Shown here: one piece after another, positions 1 to 10,176 of the stretch
Layout of the letters: every line of letters begins with the position of its first letter
Numbering within the stretch: position 1 is the stretch's first letter
NCBI GenBank assembly: GCA_965223345.1
Contig: CBDCWG010000012.1
Coordinates: 1,344,001 to 1,408,000 of the forward strand
Origin: Nitrospinales bacterium
Lineage (GTDB): Bacteria; Nitrospinota; Nitrospinia; Nitrospinales; VA-1
Length of the DNA stretch: 64,000 bases
Direction: 5' to 3'
The notes under the pieces: generated by a model
Database searches by the model: none
What the model was told of the DNA's origin: nothing
The model's input: only the letters and a program-made list of their open reading frames with translations
Made by a program: the position numbers and the translations under genes

Positions 1-1
1 G

Positions 2-217
2 CAGCGCGACATCGAACGCGCCGCCGACGCCTTCCAGCCGTCTTTACCCTTTCCCATGCCGTCGCTGGCGGCGATGCACCTGAAGGAAGGCTGGGAGGAC
101 GCCACGCAGAGCGCGTTTCGCGACGATTTCGACGTGAAGGATTTCCGCCGCGCCGTGGAGGAAAACAACCTGCGGCCGGGGTTGCGGCCGCGCTACCCGA
201 TCAAGAGCGTGAGCTGA
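2..217 (+). CDS. 3' end of a gene truncated by the window edge (…FRRAVEENNLRPGLRPRYPIKSVS*), product unknown
   Basis: Frame 2 is open from base 2 to TGA at 215-217 with typical GC3-rich codons. Confidence 0.6.
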   Translation, partial: QRDIERAADAFQPSLPFPMPSLAAMHLKEGWEDATQSAFRDDFDVKDFRRAVEENNLRPGLRPRYPIKSVS

Positions 218-243
218 CACCGCAGGGTGTGCGCCCGAACGGG

Positions 244-3200
244 CTATGTCGTTTTTTTCAGGTCGAACGCCTGAATGCGGTGGTTGTCGCAATCGCCGAC
301 GAACAGCCTGTCCTCGATGATCGCGATGCCGCTCACCTTGCCCCACTCTCCCCGCCGTCGGCCGCCGTTTTCAAACACCGAGAGCAGAAGCAGGTTCTCA
401 TCGAGATGCAGGATGCGCTGGCCCCAGTAATCGGCCGCGAACAGGCCGTGACCGGGATGAAAGGCCAGGGCGTAGATCTCGCCGCAGCCCGCGGCGTCTT
501 TTTTCAGGCTCTGAATCAGCCTGCCATCGGGACCGAATAGTTTGAGGGCGTCTTGGGAGCCGTCGCCGATGCAATAGCGCCCGTCCCCCAGAAAGCAGAC
601 GCTCGCCGGCTGTTGCATTTCCCCGGACACGATGTCGCGCACGGGTTTGCCGTTTGAATCGAAAACGCGCACCCGGTCGCGGCTGGGGTCGGGCACCCAG
701 ATGCGGTCCTGCCCGTCGGCGGCAAGCCAGAACACAGGACCGAGTTTTTCATCGGGCGCGCCCGTATCGCCGTAGGAAAGCAGGAATTCGCCCTGGGCGG
801 TGAATTTCTGAATGCGCGTGTTTTTCTCGTCGGCGACGTGGATGCAGCCCTGGCTGTCGGTGGTCACGGCGATGGGATACCGGAAGGCTCCGGGCGCGTT
901 GCCCCAGCCGCCGAAGCGCAAGCGCAGGCTCGCGTCGGCGTTGAACACGCAGACCTGATGGAATTCGTAGTCGGCGGCGATCCAGCCGCCGCCGGGGCAG
1001 GGCGCCAGGCCGTAGGGCGCAAGCGGGCGTCCGGATTGCGCGCCGGTCTTGTCGCAGGAAAGGCGCAGGGTGAGTTCAAGCGGGCGGCGTGGTTTTTGCG
1101 CGGCGATGGCGTCGTGCAGTTTGCGCAGGCGGTTTCTGATTTTCAAGAACCGGTTCAGCCGTACCTCGCTGGTTTCCACGGCGATCTGCTGTTCCGCCAG
1201 CGCGTCGCGCAATTGCATGGACCGGTCGATATCGGGAACGTCCTGATTTTCGTCCAGGCTGCGCAGATCGCCGTCGATCCGCGAGATCGCCAGCCGCTGC
1301 CGCTTCCGGGTTTCGCTCGCCTGGGTTGTCTGCGTTTCCAGCTTCGATTGCAGATCATCGAGCGCTGCGATCCATTCCGCATTGGCAGTGCCGCCTTCCT
1401 CCCCTGAGGCGAGCAGCAGCGCGCCGCTTTGGATCAGCCGCGAGTGGCTGCGCGCTTCGTTGATCTCCAGGGTCAATGCCATGCGCCGCAACAGACCGAT
1501 CTGGAAATTCACCACGGCCAAGTTGTGCTGCTGCGTGACCGGCGCTTTTTTGTCCTGCGGGTTGAAACTGCGGGCCTGGGCGTCGATGCGGTTTTTCTCG
1601 CGGTACAGCTGCTCGAGCTGCTGCAGAATCCCGCTGTGTTTTTCGTTGTAGATCGCCTGTTCCTCAAAAAACCGGAGGACCTGACGCAGGAGCTCGTTTT
1701 TCGCTTCACCGGCATCGGGCAGCGAAATCCTCTCCAAACCGCACACGACGCTTGCCGTCCCGACTGTGAGCGGCATGCCCTCGATGAGCAGCGCGCGCGC
1801 CGTCTCGGCGAGATCCAGCGCTTCCGAGTTGAACGGCACCGGCTCGAGTTCCGCACTTTTCACTTTCCGGGGGACCGGCTCTGCCGCGCTTGCGAAGCCG
1901 CGGATCCAGGCGTCCAGGCTGTCGTTGATCTGCGTTTCGAGCGGTGGATGGAAGTTCCAGTCCTCCTGAAAACCGAGCAGGATTTTCTGCAGGTTCTCCA
2001 TAGCCGGGGGATCGACGAGGCAACGGCGCAGCGTGTCTCCCACCGGCGCATCGCCGGGATGCGCCTGCGCCACCGCCTTGAGGGTCGCCAGCACGGCGCG
2101 CATCTCGAAATGCAGCTGGCGGATCACGTCGAGGACGCGCTGGTTGCTGTTGGCGAGGATGAGAAAGCGTTCCCATTTGTCGCCCGCATTCTGCAAGGCG
2201 CTGAACGCCTGAACCATGGTCTCTTCCTGCGTCTCTTTGGTTTCGAGCAGTCCCAGCAGGCTGTGGCAGAGCGATTGCCAGTTTTCTTCGATGGCTGACA
2301 ACACTTGACGGCGGCTCTCCGGGGCGACCTGGCCGCAGGTGTTTTGCAGGAATTCGGCGAACCTCTGCGCGGTCACGCGGTAGGTGAAAAAAAGCCGCCG
2401 CAGTTTCCGGTACAGCGTCTTGTCGCGCTCTTCCGCCACATACAGCGCTTTGTCGAATGTGCGGGCGTCCTCCGCACCGGCGAGAATCTGTTTCTGCTGC
2501 TCAAACAGGCGGCGGTTGAAGTCCAGCGCTGCCTGTTCCCATTCCAGATGGGTTTCCAGCAGCTCCCGGCGCGCGGCCTGCTGCATGGAGAGAAACGCGT
2601 CCACCCCTGTGAGCAGCGCGGCGGCGTTTTCAGGATCGGGATGGGAGCGGGCCAGACGGCTGAAGCGCAGCAGGCTCTGCTGGGAAGTTTCTTCATCCGG
2701 GGAGGGGTTTGCCTTTGCCATCAACGTCGCGGTTTGCCGGTAGGTCTTGAGGGCCGCCGCCGAATCTCCCGCTGCTTCCTGGGTGCGCGCCTGATGAAAC
2801 CGCAGCGTCGTGTTTGCCGGCTGCGCTTCGATCTGCGCCGCCAGCATTTCCGCTTGTGTCGCTCCGGGAACCTCGAACTCGAACACGTCCGCATCGAAGG
2901 TCAGGCTCACCCAGAGCCTGCCTTCAGGTGAAAAGAGGGCCCAGTTCGGCGCCTGCAGGTCCTGGGATGGGTCGCAGCGGTTGAACTCGAACAGGAATCC
3001 CCCGGAGGCGGTGAAGGCCTGCACCCGGTTGTTGTTGAGATCGGTGACGTACAGCAGGCCGTTGGGCGCGACGGTCAGCGAAAGCGGATACTGGAACTGC
3101 CCCGGGCCCGAACCGCGCTCGCCGAAGGTGAAATCGCGCTGCCAATGGGCGTCGAATTTGACGATGCGGTGGTTGCCGCTGTCGGCGATGTACCAGCCGC

Positions 3201-3825
3201 CGTCCTCGCACGCGGCGATGGCGGTGGGAAACTCGAAGCCCGGCGGGGCGAACAGATGCGCGGGGGTTTCGTAAATCCCGGCGAGCTGTTCCTCGAGCAC
3301 GGTGCCGCGGTTGCCGACCCAGCCCAGCGAGACGCCGTCGGCATCGAACATCTGGATGCGGTGGTTGTAGCGTTCGACGACGATGAGGCGGCCGTTCGCA
3401 TCGACCCGAACGTCGTGCGGTTCGTTGAGCTGCCCCTTGCCGTCGCCGCAGCCGCCGATGGTTTTGAGATGCCTGCCTTCGCGGTCGAATTTCTGCACGC
3501 GGTGGTTCCAGCTGTCGGCGACGTAGATCGTGCCGTCCGCATCGACGGCGCAGCCTTTCGGGTAGTGGAATTCGCCGGGGCCTTTGCCCTTGCCGCCGAA
3601 CTGGCCGACGCATTGCCAGTCCGGGTTGTAGATCTGAATGCGGTGGTTGAAATCGTCCGCCAGGATCAGGTTGTTTTCCGGCGTGAAGGCGAAACCGGAA
3701 GGCGGCGAAAGCGCGATGTCTTCGGTGCCGGTGCGGCGGAACCGAGTTTTGAAGCGCACGTTGTCGCGCGGTGCAGAAACAGCAGGGACTTCTTTTTCGG
3801 CGGTGGTACCCGGGGAGGATTTCAT
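244..3825 (-). CDS. Large NHL-repeat protein: N-terminal NHL propeller, long helical/coiled-coil middle, C-terminal NHL propeller (1193 aa)
   Basis: Repeats such as ADDFNHRIQ, ADSWNHRVQKF, ADSGNHRIVKF, TDLNNNRVQ at the N-terminus; ADEKNTRIQKF and GDCDNHRIQAF at the C-terminus. Confidence 0.85.
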   Translation of the reverse strand: MKSSPGTTAEKEVPAVSAPRDNVRFKTRFRRTGTEDIALSPPSGFAFTPENNLILADDFNHRIQIYNPDWQCVGQFGGKGKGPGEFHYPKGCAVDADGTIYVADSWNHRVQKFDREGRHLKTIGGCGDGKGQLNEPHDVRVDANGRLIVVERYNHRIQMFDADGVSLGWVGNRGTVLEEQLAGIYETPAHLFAPPGFEFPTAIAACEDGGWYIADSGNHRIVKFDAHWQRDFTFGERGSGPGQFQYPLSLTVAPNGLLYVTDLNNNRVQAFTASGGFLFEFNRCDPSQDLQAPNWALFSPEGRLWVSLTFDADVFEFEVPGATQAEMLAAQIEAQPANTTLRFHQARTQEAAGDSAAALKTYRQTATLMAKANPSPDEETSQQSLLRFSRLARSHPDPENAAALLTGVDAFLSMQQAARRELLETHLEWEQAALDFNRRLFEQQKQILAGAEDARTFDKALYVAEERDKTLYRKLRRLFFTYRVTAQRFAEFLQNTCGQVAPESRRQVLSAIEENWQSLCHSLLGLLETKETQEETMVQAFSALQNAGDKWERFLILANSNQRVLDVIRQLHFEMRAVLATLKAVAQAHPGDAPVGDTLRRCLVDPPAMENLQKILLGFQEDWNFHPPLETQINDSLDAWIRGFASAAEPVPRKVKSAELEPVPFNSEALDLAETARALLIEGMPLTVGTASVVCGLERISLPDAGEAKNELLRQVLRFFEEQAIYNEKHSGILQQLEQLYREKNRIDAQARSFNPQDKKAPVTQQHNLAVVNFQIGLLRRMALTLEINEARSHSRLIQSGALLLASGEEGGTANAEWIAALDDLQSKLETQTTQASETRKRQRLAISRIDGDLRSLDENQDVPDIDRSMQLRDALAEQQIAVETSEVRLNRFLKIRNRLRKLHDAIAAQKPRRPLELTLRLSCDKTGAQSGRPLAPYGLAPCPGGGWIAADYEFHQVCVFNADASLRLRFGGWGNAPGAFRYPIAVTTDSQGCIHVADEKNTRIQKFTAQGEFLLSYGDTGAPDEKLGPVFWLAADGQDRIWVPDPSRDRVRVFDSNGKPVRDIVSGEMQQPASVCFLGDGRYCIGDGSQDALKLFGPDGRLIQSLKKDAAGCGEIYALAFHPGHGLFAADYWGQRILHLDENLLLLSVFENGGRRRGEWGKVSGIAIIEDRLFVGDCDNHRIQAFDLKKTT

Positions 3826-3957
3826 GGAGGGCGAGGTCCGGGGGTGAACGGGAGTGCTCTTTGTTACGCGGGCATTAAATCACAAATGCGGTGCGAACTC
3901 AATCCTTTCGCACGCTGTTTTTGCGGACGCGTTGCGATCAAAAATGAAAACCTGTTT

Positions 3958-4926
3958 TCAGCGCGTGAGCACCCATTCGTCGATCCCGGAATCGGCGACG
4001 GTGCGGTCTTTCTGAATGCGGTGGCGTCGGCGCAGCATGCGGGGAAGTTGTCCGAGCGCCGCGAGTTTGGATTTCAGCAGCACCCACCCCTGGCCGCGGT
4101 AGGTGAAGTAGCGGATGTCCTGCATCTGGTGCCTGAGGATGGTGAAAAAGTGTTTGCAGTACATCGCGAGCGACATGTTTTTGATCAGCACGAACACGTC
4201 GTTGCGCTTGCAGAGGTAGATGTAGCGGTCGCTGTACAGGCCCACGGTGGCGGTGCCGATGTGGTACACCTTGGCTTCGGGCAGGTAGACCGCTTTGAAG
4301 CCGCGCAACTGGCTGCGCATGTTGAGATCGACGTCTTCGGCGAAGATGAAAAAGTCCTCATCGAACACGCCGATGGTTTCGAACAGCTCGCGCCGGTAGA
4401 TGCCCGCGCCGGCGCAGGCGCCGAACACGTATTCCTCCCGGTCGTACTGCCCCACGTCCTTCTCGCCCTGTCCGCGCCCGCCGCCCGAGGACCAGGCGTG
4501 AAACAGGTCGCCCGTGTTGTAGAAGGTGTCGCGCTGGTCGAGAAACATCATCTTGGTGGTGCCCATGCCGCATTCGGGATGCCGCTCCATGCCTTCGTAC
4601 AGTTTGGCGATCCAGTCCGGCTCGACTTCGATGTCGTTGTTGAGCAGGCAGATGTATTTTCCCAGCGAAGCCCGGATGCCGCGGTTGCAGGCGGTGGCGA
4701 ACCCGAGGTTCTCCGGCAGCTTGAGCAGGCGCACCCAGGGGTAGTCCCGTTCTATGCGTTCGCGGGAGCCGTCGGTGGAGCCGTTGTCCACCACGATCAC
4801 CTCGTGCCCCTCGAACGTCGAGCGCTTCAGCGAATCCAGGCACATGCCGACGAATTTCAGGCCGTTCCAGTTGGGGATGACGATGCTGACTTTTACGGGC
4901 CGCCGCGAATCGGGAACGGGGTTCAT
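3958..4926 (-). CDS. Glycosyltransferase family 2 (WbbL/GT2-like)
   Basis: SIVIPNWNG, VVDNGSTD, NLGFA, LLNND and FAEDVDL motifs; start trimmed to MNPVPD, which overlaps the upstream stop. Confidence 0.9.
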   Translation of the reverse strand: MNPVPDSRRPVKVSIVIPNWNGLKFVGMCLDSLKRSTFEGHEVIVVDNGSTDGSRERIERDYPWVRLLKLPENLGFATACNRGIRASLGKYICLLNNDIEVEPDWIAKLYEGMERHPECGMGTTKMMFLDQRDTFYNTGDLFHAWSSGGGRGQGEKDVGQYDREEYVFGACAGAGIYRRELFETIGVFDEDFFIFAEDVDLNMRSQLRGFKAVYLPEAKVYHIGTATVGLYSDRYIYLCKRNDVFVLIKNMSLAMYCKHFFTILRHQMQDIRYFTYRGQGWVLLKSKLAALGQLPRMLRRRHRIQKDRTVADSGIDEWVLTR

Positions 4927-7340
4927 GCGTTGTCTCTCGTGTTCTGGGTGAGCGTGGTTTCCGATGCCTCTTTCGCCTCGAGCAGAAGCAGGCGGGCGCC
5001 CGAGTGCAGCGGGTCGAGCCGGAGACACTGTTCGGCGAATTTCTGCTTCTGTTCGGAGCCGGACAGCCGGGCACGGCGGAACCAGGCGGCGGCGCGGGTG
5101 CGGATGTGGCGGCTCTTGCGCTCGGTGACCGCTTTGAACAACAGGTAGGCGTTTTCCAGGTCGCCCTCCCGCTCCAGGGCGGAGGCTTTGGCGTAAAGCA
5201 GCAGCAGGTTTTCGGGATTGCGGTCCAGATAATGGTCGAGGGTCGCCGATTCGCTGCGCTGCGACGCGTCCAGAGCGGCGATGGCGTTCGCCACACGGGT
5301 TTCGAGCCATTCACGGTCGCGTTTGTCCGGCGTGGTCGCCGTTTCGGCGTACAGCCGCTTGAGCTGCTCGCGCTCTTTCAGGCGGGTGAGAGAATCGATG
5401 AGCGACTCCCAGCAGTCGTGGCGGTCGGGATGCTGGGTGCGGAACCATTCGAATTCCTGAACCGCCGCGCGATGCAGGCCGCGCCGCTGCAGGATCAGGC
5501 CCTTCACGTAGACCGCTTCGTCGTTTTCTCCGAAGCGTGCGGTTTCCTCCTGCACGTAATGGGACGCTTCGTCGAAGCGGCCGAGCCGGGCGTACTGCTT
5601 CGCCAGCAGCAGGCGCACGTGGATGCGGCCGGGTTCCAGGCGCAGCGCGCTCTCGAACACCCAGGCGGCGCGGTCCGGCTGCTGCAGTTGCGCGTACAGC
5701 TCGCCCAGGTAGATGAGGCCCGGGACGTCGGTGGGGTTCAGCCGCACCAGCTTGCGGCATTCCTTGAGCGCCGTGTTGATGCGGCCGCGGACGCGGTCGG
5801 ATTTGTCCACGTCCGGAGCGTGCCAGTCGCTTGCGGTGAGCCGGTCGAGGATCTTCATCTTCTCCTGCCAGGGCAGGGTGAGGGGATTGCGCGCGACCGA
5901 GGTGATGGCCTGGAGCCGGTACACCGGGTAGCGGGCGAGCAGGACCTTGACCGGCTTGTATTGCAGCCCGGTCACTGCCTGCAACGCGGCCACGTCGAGG
6001 TCGGGGAAGGTTTTGACGAGAATGCGCGGCTGGTGCCGGATCAGGCCGCCGATCACGCCGTCGAAATAGCCTTCCAGCGATTTGTCGTTCCAGGGGCGGA
6101 TGCAGTGGTGTAAAAAATTGTCGGCAGCGGGGCTGCCGGTCTCGTGGTAGAGCTGGGAAAAGGTGCCCCACACGAAGATGCGCTCTCCCTGCTCGCCGCG
6201 CAGGCGCATCCAGCGCTTGATCAGCCGGCCGACGCGCGGCAGGTAGAGGTACTGGTCGAATTTTTCGTACTGCGCCAGCGTTTCCACATCGAGCGGGCGG
6301 CGATAAAAGAAGCCGATGCGCGCAAGGTTCCAGACGAGAATGCCCGCAAACATCAGCAACAGGGCGGTGGCCAGGGTGTTGTCCGCCTTGAGGCCCCAGT
6401 CCATGCTGAACCCGCTCAACAGCGCCAGCCAGGCGATCAGCGGCAGGTAGTGGTAGCGGGAAAAACCGCGCTGGCAGACGATCATCACGCCGGTCACCGC
6501 CGTGAACACGCCGGTCCACACGGCGTGCGGCCCCATGAAGGACAGTGCCAGACCGGGAATCCCGGCGATCCAGACGGGCGCCGTCTGTCTGGCGATTCTG
6601 CGCACCTCGCCGAACACGTAAAAGTGCATGGCCTTGGTGCGGGTCAGCCGCAATGTCGTCGCCATGCGCGTGCGCATCTGCCGCCGCGAGGCCGCGTCCC
6701 AGAAACCCAGCCAGGCGTCCACGCCGTTGGACAGCACGACGGGCAGCGCTGCGCCGATGACGAAGGGCAGCACCGCGTCCGCTCCGAACTCCAGGGCGAC
6801 GATAGGCGTCAGCACGGCGGCGTACAGGCCTGTGGTGAATTTGGGGATGGTGGCGAGACCGAAGCAGAGCCCGGCGAAGAAAACATAATCGGGACCCAGG
6901 ACCAGAAGCGCGAAGCCGAGCAGGACGCAGGGGATGTAAAACTGTTCGTGATTGAAGGAACCGGCGGTGAGATCGGGCGAGGTGCCGTAAAACGCGTGCA
7001 GGGAGCCCGCCGCCAGCGCCGCCCAGGGGTTGTGGGTGAGCGCGGACACCGCAAAGTAGACGATGAGAGACGCCGCCACGTGGAAGACCGTCTGCAGATT
7101 GCGGACGCGTTGCACGCCGCCTGCGGGATCGCCGTAGATTCTGTCGGTCAGGAGCATCCTCCAGATGGGGATGCCGATGATCTGCAGGTCTTTTTTCCAG
7201 CGAAATCCTTTTTGGGCGAAGCGGGCCCGATAGGTGTAGATGGCGAAATCGTCGTCCATCGGGAAATTCTGGAACGGCCGGCGGGCGAGCAGACCGATGA
7301 GCGCAACACAGCTGGTGAAGAACAGGTCGAGGTTGTCCAT
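4923..7340 (-). CDS. Multi-pass membrane protein (GT-C/ArnT-like N-terminus) with C-terminal TPR repeats
   Basis: About 10 hydrophobic segments, DDD in the first loop, RYHYLP motif; TPR-like helices (LIYLGELYAQL, VYVKGLIL); start at MDNLDL. Confidence 0.7.
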   Translation of the reverse strand: MDNLDLFFTSCVALIGLLARRPFQNFPMDDDFAIYTYRARFAQKGFRWKKDLQIIGIPIWRMLLTDRIYGDPAGGVQRVRNLQTVFHVAASLIVYFAVSALTHNPWAALAAGSLHAFYGTSPDLTAGSFNHEQFYIPCVLLGFALLVLGPDYVFFAGLCFGLATIPKFTTGLYAAVLTPIVALEFGADAVLPFVIGAALPVVLSNGVDAWLGFWDAASRRQMRTRMATTLRLTRTKAMHFYVFGEVRRIARQTAPVWIAGIPGLALSFMGPHAVWTGVFTAVTGVMIVCQRGFSRYHYLPLIAWLALLSGFSMDWGLKADNTLATALLLMFAGILVWNLARIGFFYRRPLDVETLAQYEKFDQYLYLPRVGRLIKRWMRLRGEQGERIFVWGTFSQLYHETGSPAADNFLHHCIRPWNDKSLEGYFDGVIGGLIRHQPRILVKTFPDLDVAALQAVTGLQYKPVKVLLARYPVYRLQAITSVARNPLTLPWQEKMKILDRLTASDWHAPDVDKSDRVRGRINTALKECRKLVRLNPTDVPGLIYLGELYAQLQQPDRAAWVFESALRLEPGRIHVRLLLAKQYARLGRFDEASHYVQEETARFGENDEAVYVKGLILQRRGLHRAAVQEFEWFRTQHPDRHDCWESLIDSLTRLKEREQLKRLYAETATTPDKRDREWLETRVANAIAALDASQRSESATLDHYLDRNPENLLLLYAKASALEREGDLENAYLLFKAVTERKSRHIRTRAAAWFRRARLSGSEQKQKFAEQCLRLDPLHSGARLLLLEAKEASETTLTQNTRDNA

Positions 7341-7620
7341 GAGGTGCGGGGAGAAGGTTTGCAAAAATCGGTTCCGGCCGAAGGCGGGCCGGTTTCCCAA
7401 TCGGGCTGGCAAAATGACCGGACCGCCACACACTCTGATCGGAAAAACAGGGCTTTGGCTTTAGCGCAAACGCGGTGAATTTGAGAATAAGTCCTTAAAA
7501 AACAACGGTTTTATCGGAAAATAGCAGTGGCTGTAAATGGTTTGCGATGGATGCGTGGAGATGATTCGTTGCGACGAGAAAAGGTTGCGGGTTGATCCGC
7601 AACGGGAGAGCGGATGCTTT

Positions 7621-8001
7621 TCAGGCAACGGAAAACAGGAAAAACTGCGGCAGGGTCATCAGGGTCAGGACGAACGCGATGAGCAGGCAGAGGTACACCA
7701 GGCGCGGTTCCTGCTTGAGCAGCCAGCGGTAAAACCGCATCCCCGCAAACACGCCCGCCGCCAGAAAGCCGATTCCCGCCAGGGCAAACGCCGCTTTCCC
7801 GAGACCGCTGTTGGGTGCGAGCGACCCGCTTTCACCGGGCTCCACGAAGGACAGCGCAATGAGGCTCAGCGCGATCAGCAGGATGACCGTCAGCCAGCCG
7901 ATGCACAGTGCCGCGATGCGGGCGGCCCAGCGGGGAGCGGTGGGATTGGAGCCGTTGTTTGCATTCGTCATTTGCGGGTCCGCATCCACAACAGTTTCCA
8001 T
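7621..8001 (-). CDS. Small membrane protein (about 3 TM), hypothetical
   Basis: Three hydrophobic stretches; same strand as neighbours. Confidence 0.6.
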   Translation of the reverse strand: METVVDADPQMTNANNGSNPTAPRWAARIAALCIGWLTVILLIALSLIALSFVEPGESGSLAPNSGLGKAAFALAGIGFLAAGVFAGMRFYRWLLKQEPRLVYLCLLIAFVLTLMTLPQFFLFSVA

Positions 8002-8912
8002 TTGAGGGCGATGGAATCTTCCGCGCCGCCTTTGGCGCGGCCGGTGATACGGCGGAAAAGAGAGCGTAACAGGCCCGCTGCGAAACTTGCGCGGTACAGC
8101 ACGCGCAGCAAGAAGTTCCAGAACCAGTTGTAGTGCTTGGAAAAAAAGTAGAGGTCGCTTTTGTAGGATTCGACGATCACTTTTTCGCGCACGCCCGGCT
8201 GGTGCGTGCTCTGACCTTGAAAGTGGCGGATCCGGGTTTCCGGGAAGTAGGCGATCTTGGCGCCGGCGGCGCGGGCGCGGCGGCAGTAATCGTCTTCCTC
8301 GTTGTAGAGAAAATAGTTTTCATCCAGCAGGCCCACCTTCTCGAACAGGTCGCGCCGCACGACGAAGCAGGCGCCTCCCACGACTTCGACATCTTTAGTG
8401 GTGCGCGTCGCCATGTGGTTGCGGTCTTTCACGGGGTCGAAGCGTCCGAGGATCTTGCGCGCCGCATCGGTGGGGCCGTCTTCCCGGTGGCGCATGGGGC
8501 GCAGCGCGCCGCCGCCGTCGATGATGGCGGGGCTCAGGATCGACACGTCCTCGTTTGCATCGAGGTAGGCGACGATCTTCTCTAAGCAGCGTTCGATGAG
8601 CCGGGTGTCGGGGTTGAGCAGCGCGACGTACCGGCCCTGGCATTGCCGGATAGCCTCGTTGCAGGCCGCGGAAAAACCGCGGTTGAAGGAGTTTTCCTCC
8701 AGCCGCACCTTGGGAAACCGCTTCTGCACCGCCTCCAGGCTGTGGTCGTCGGAATGGTTGTCCACGACGCGGATCTCGAAATCGATTTTGCCGGTGTTGC
8801 GGTAGATCGAGTCGAGGCATTCGAGCAGGTGATCGCGCGTGTTGAAGCTGACGATGACGATGCTCAGGTCCAACCCAGGCGGTTGGGAGAATCTGAAGGG
8901 AGGCCGGATCAC
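7968..8912 (-). CDS. Glycosyltransferase family 2
   Basis: LSIVIVSFN, VVDNHSDD, NRGFS, LLNPD and FLYNEEDD motifs; GTG start preceded by GGAG. Confidence 0.88.
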   Translation of the reverse strand: MIRPPFRFSQPPGLDLSIVIVSFNTRDHLLECLDSIYRNTGKIDFEIRVVDNHSDDHSLEAVQKRFPKVRLEENSFNRGFSAACNEAIRQCQGRYVALLNPDTRLIERCLEKIVAYLDANEDVSILSPAIIDGGGALRPMRHREDGPTDAARKILGRFDPVKDRNHMATRTTKDVEVVGGACFVVRRDLFEKVGLLDENYFLYNEEDDYCRRARAAGAKIAYFPETRIRHFQGQSTHQPGVREKVIVESYKSDLYFFSKHYNWFWNFLLRVLYRASFAAGLLRSLFRRITGRAKGGAEDSIALKWKLLWMRTRK

Positions 8913-9071
8913 AGGGCTCCTTTGAAAGCGCGGTTTTACGGGGTTTTGCGGGACATCCGGGTGGATCCCCATGCAGACAGGGTAACACAGATCTCGCGCC
9001 TTGCTTTGTGCGAATTTATTGGCGACAATAAGCGGGTTTGATCTTTGAACCCATTTTTCAGGAGTGATTGC

Positions 9072-10176
9072 ATGCTGGAGGATTTCAAAAAAGGCTACGA
9101 GGACATGGAACGACGGGTGGGGCTGCTTCGGAGGTATCTTTGACGTCGATCGCCACTTGAAGGAGATCGAAGCGCTCGATGAGGAAGTGGCCCGGCCGGG
9201 CTTCTGGGACGACAACGAAGCGGCGCAGAAGACCCTGCAGAAACGCTCGGGCCTGCAGCGATCGGTCGATATCTGGAAGGAACTCAACCAGGAGGGCGAG
9301 GACCTGCAGGCCATGATCGAGCTGCTGGCCGAAGAGGAAGACGCCTCTCTGGCCGAGGAAATCAAGACCACGCTGGAAGCGCTGCAAGGGAAGCTGTCGC
9401 AGGCGGAACTCAAGGCGATGCTCTCGGGAGACAGCGATCTCAACAACGCCATCCTTTCCATCAACTCCGGCGCCGGCGGCACGGAGTCGCAGGACTGGGC
9501 CCACATGCTGCTGCGCATGTACACCCGCTGGGCCGACCGCAACGGCTACAAATGCGAAATCCTCGACATGCAGTACGGTGAGGAAGCCGGGATCAAAAGC
9601 GCCACGGTGCTGATCAGCGGAGATTACGCTTACGGCTACCTGAAAGCGGAGATCGGCGTGCACCGGCTGGTGCGCATCTCGCCGTTCGATTCCAACAAGC
9701 GCCGCCACACCTCGTTCGCGTCGGTGTTCGTGTACCCGGAAGTGCAGGACGAAGTCGAGGTGGAAGTGAAAGAGGAAGACCTCAAGATCGATGTGTACCG
9801 CGCCTCCGGCCCCGGCGGGCAGGGCGTGAACACGACCGATTCGGCGGTGCGGCTGACGCACGTGCCCACGGGGATCATCGTGCAGTGCCAGAACGAGCGC
9901 TCGCAGTTCAAGAACAAGGCCTCGGCGATGAAGGTTTTGAAGTCGCGCCTGTACGAGCTGGAGATGGAGAAGCAGGAAGAAGAAAAGAAAGAGATGGAAA
10001 AGCAGAAGAAAAAAATCGAGTGGGGCAGCCAGATCCGCTCTTACGTTCTGCATCCCTACCGCATGGCGAAGGATCTGCGCACCAATGTGGAGATGGGCAA
10101 TGTGGACGCGGTGCTGGACGGCGATCTGGAAAAATTCATCGAAGCGTATCTGCTGCAGAGCAAGGAAACGGCGTGA
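9072..10176 (+). CDS. prfB: Peptide chain release factor 2, translated through a programmed +1 frameshift at CTT TGA C (9138-9144)
   Basis: ATG 9072 gives MLEDFKKGYEDMERRVGLLRRYL then TGA; internal SD GGAGG just upstream; the +1 frame carries SPF, GGQ and WGSQIRSY. Confidence 0.97.

Noticed and set aside
7968..9542. 524-aa ORF as one protein
   Set aside because: The N-terminal ~210 aa is mostly antisense to prfB; the GT2 domain begins near GTG 8912, which has an RBS
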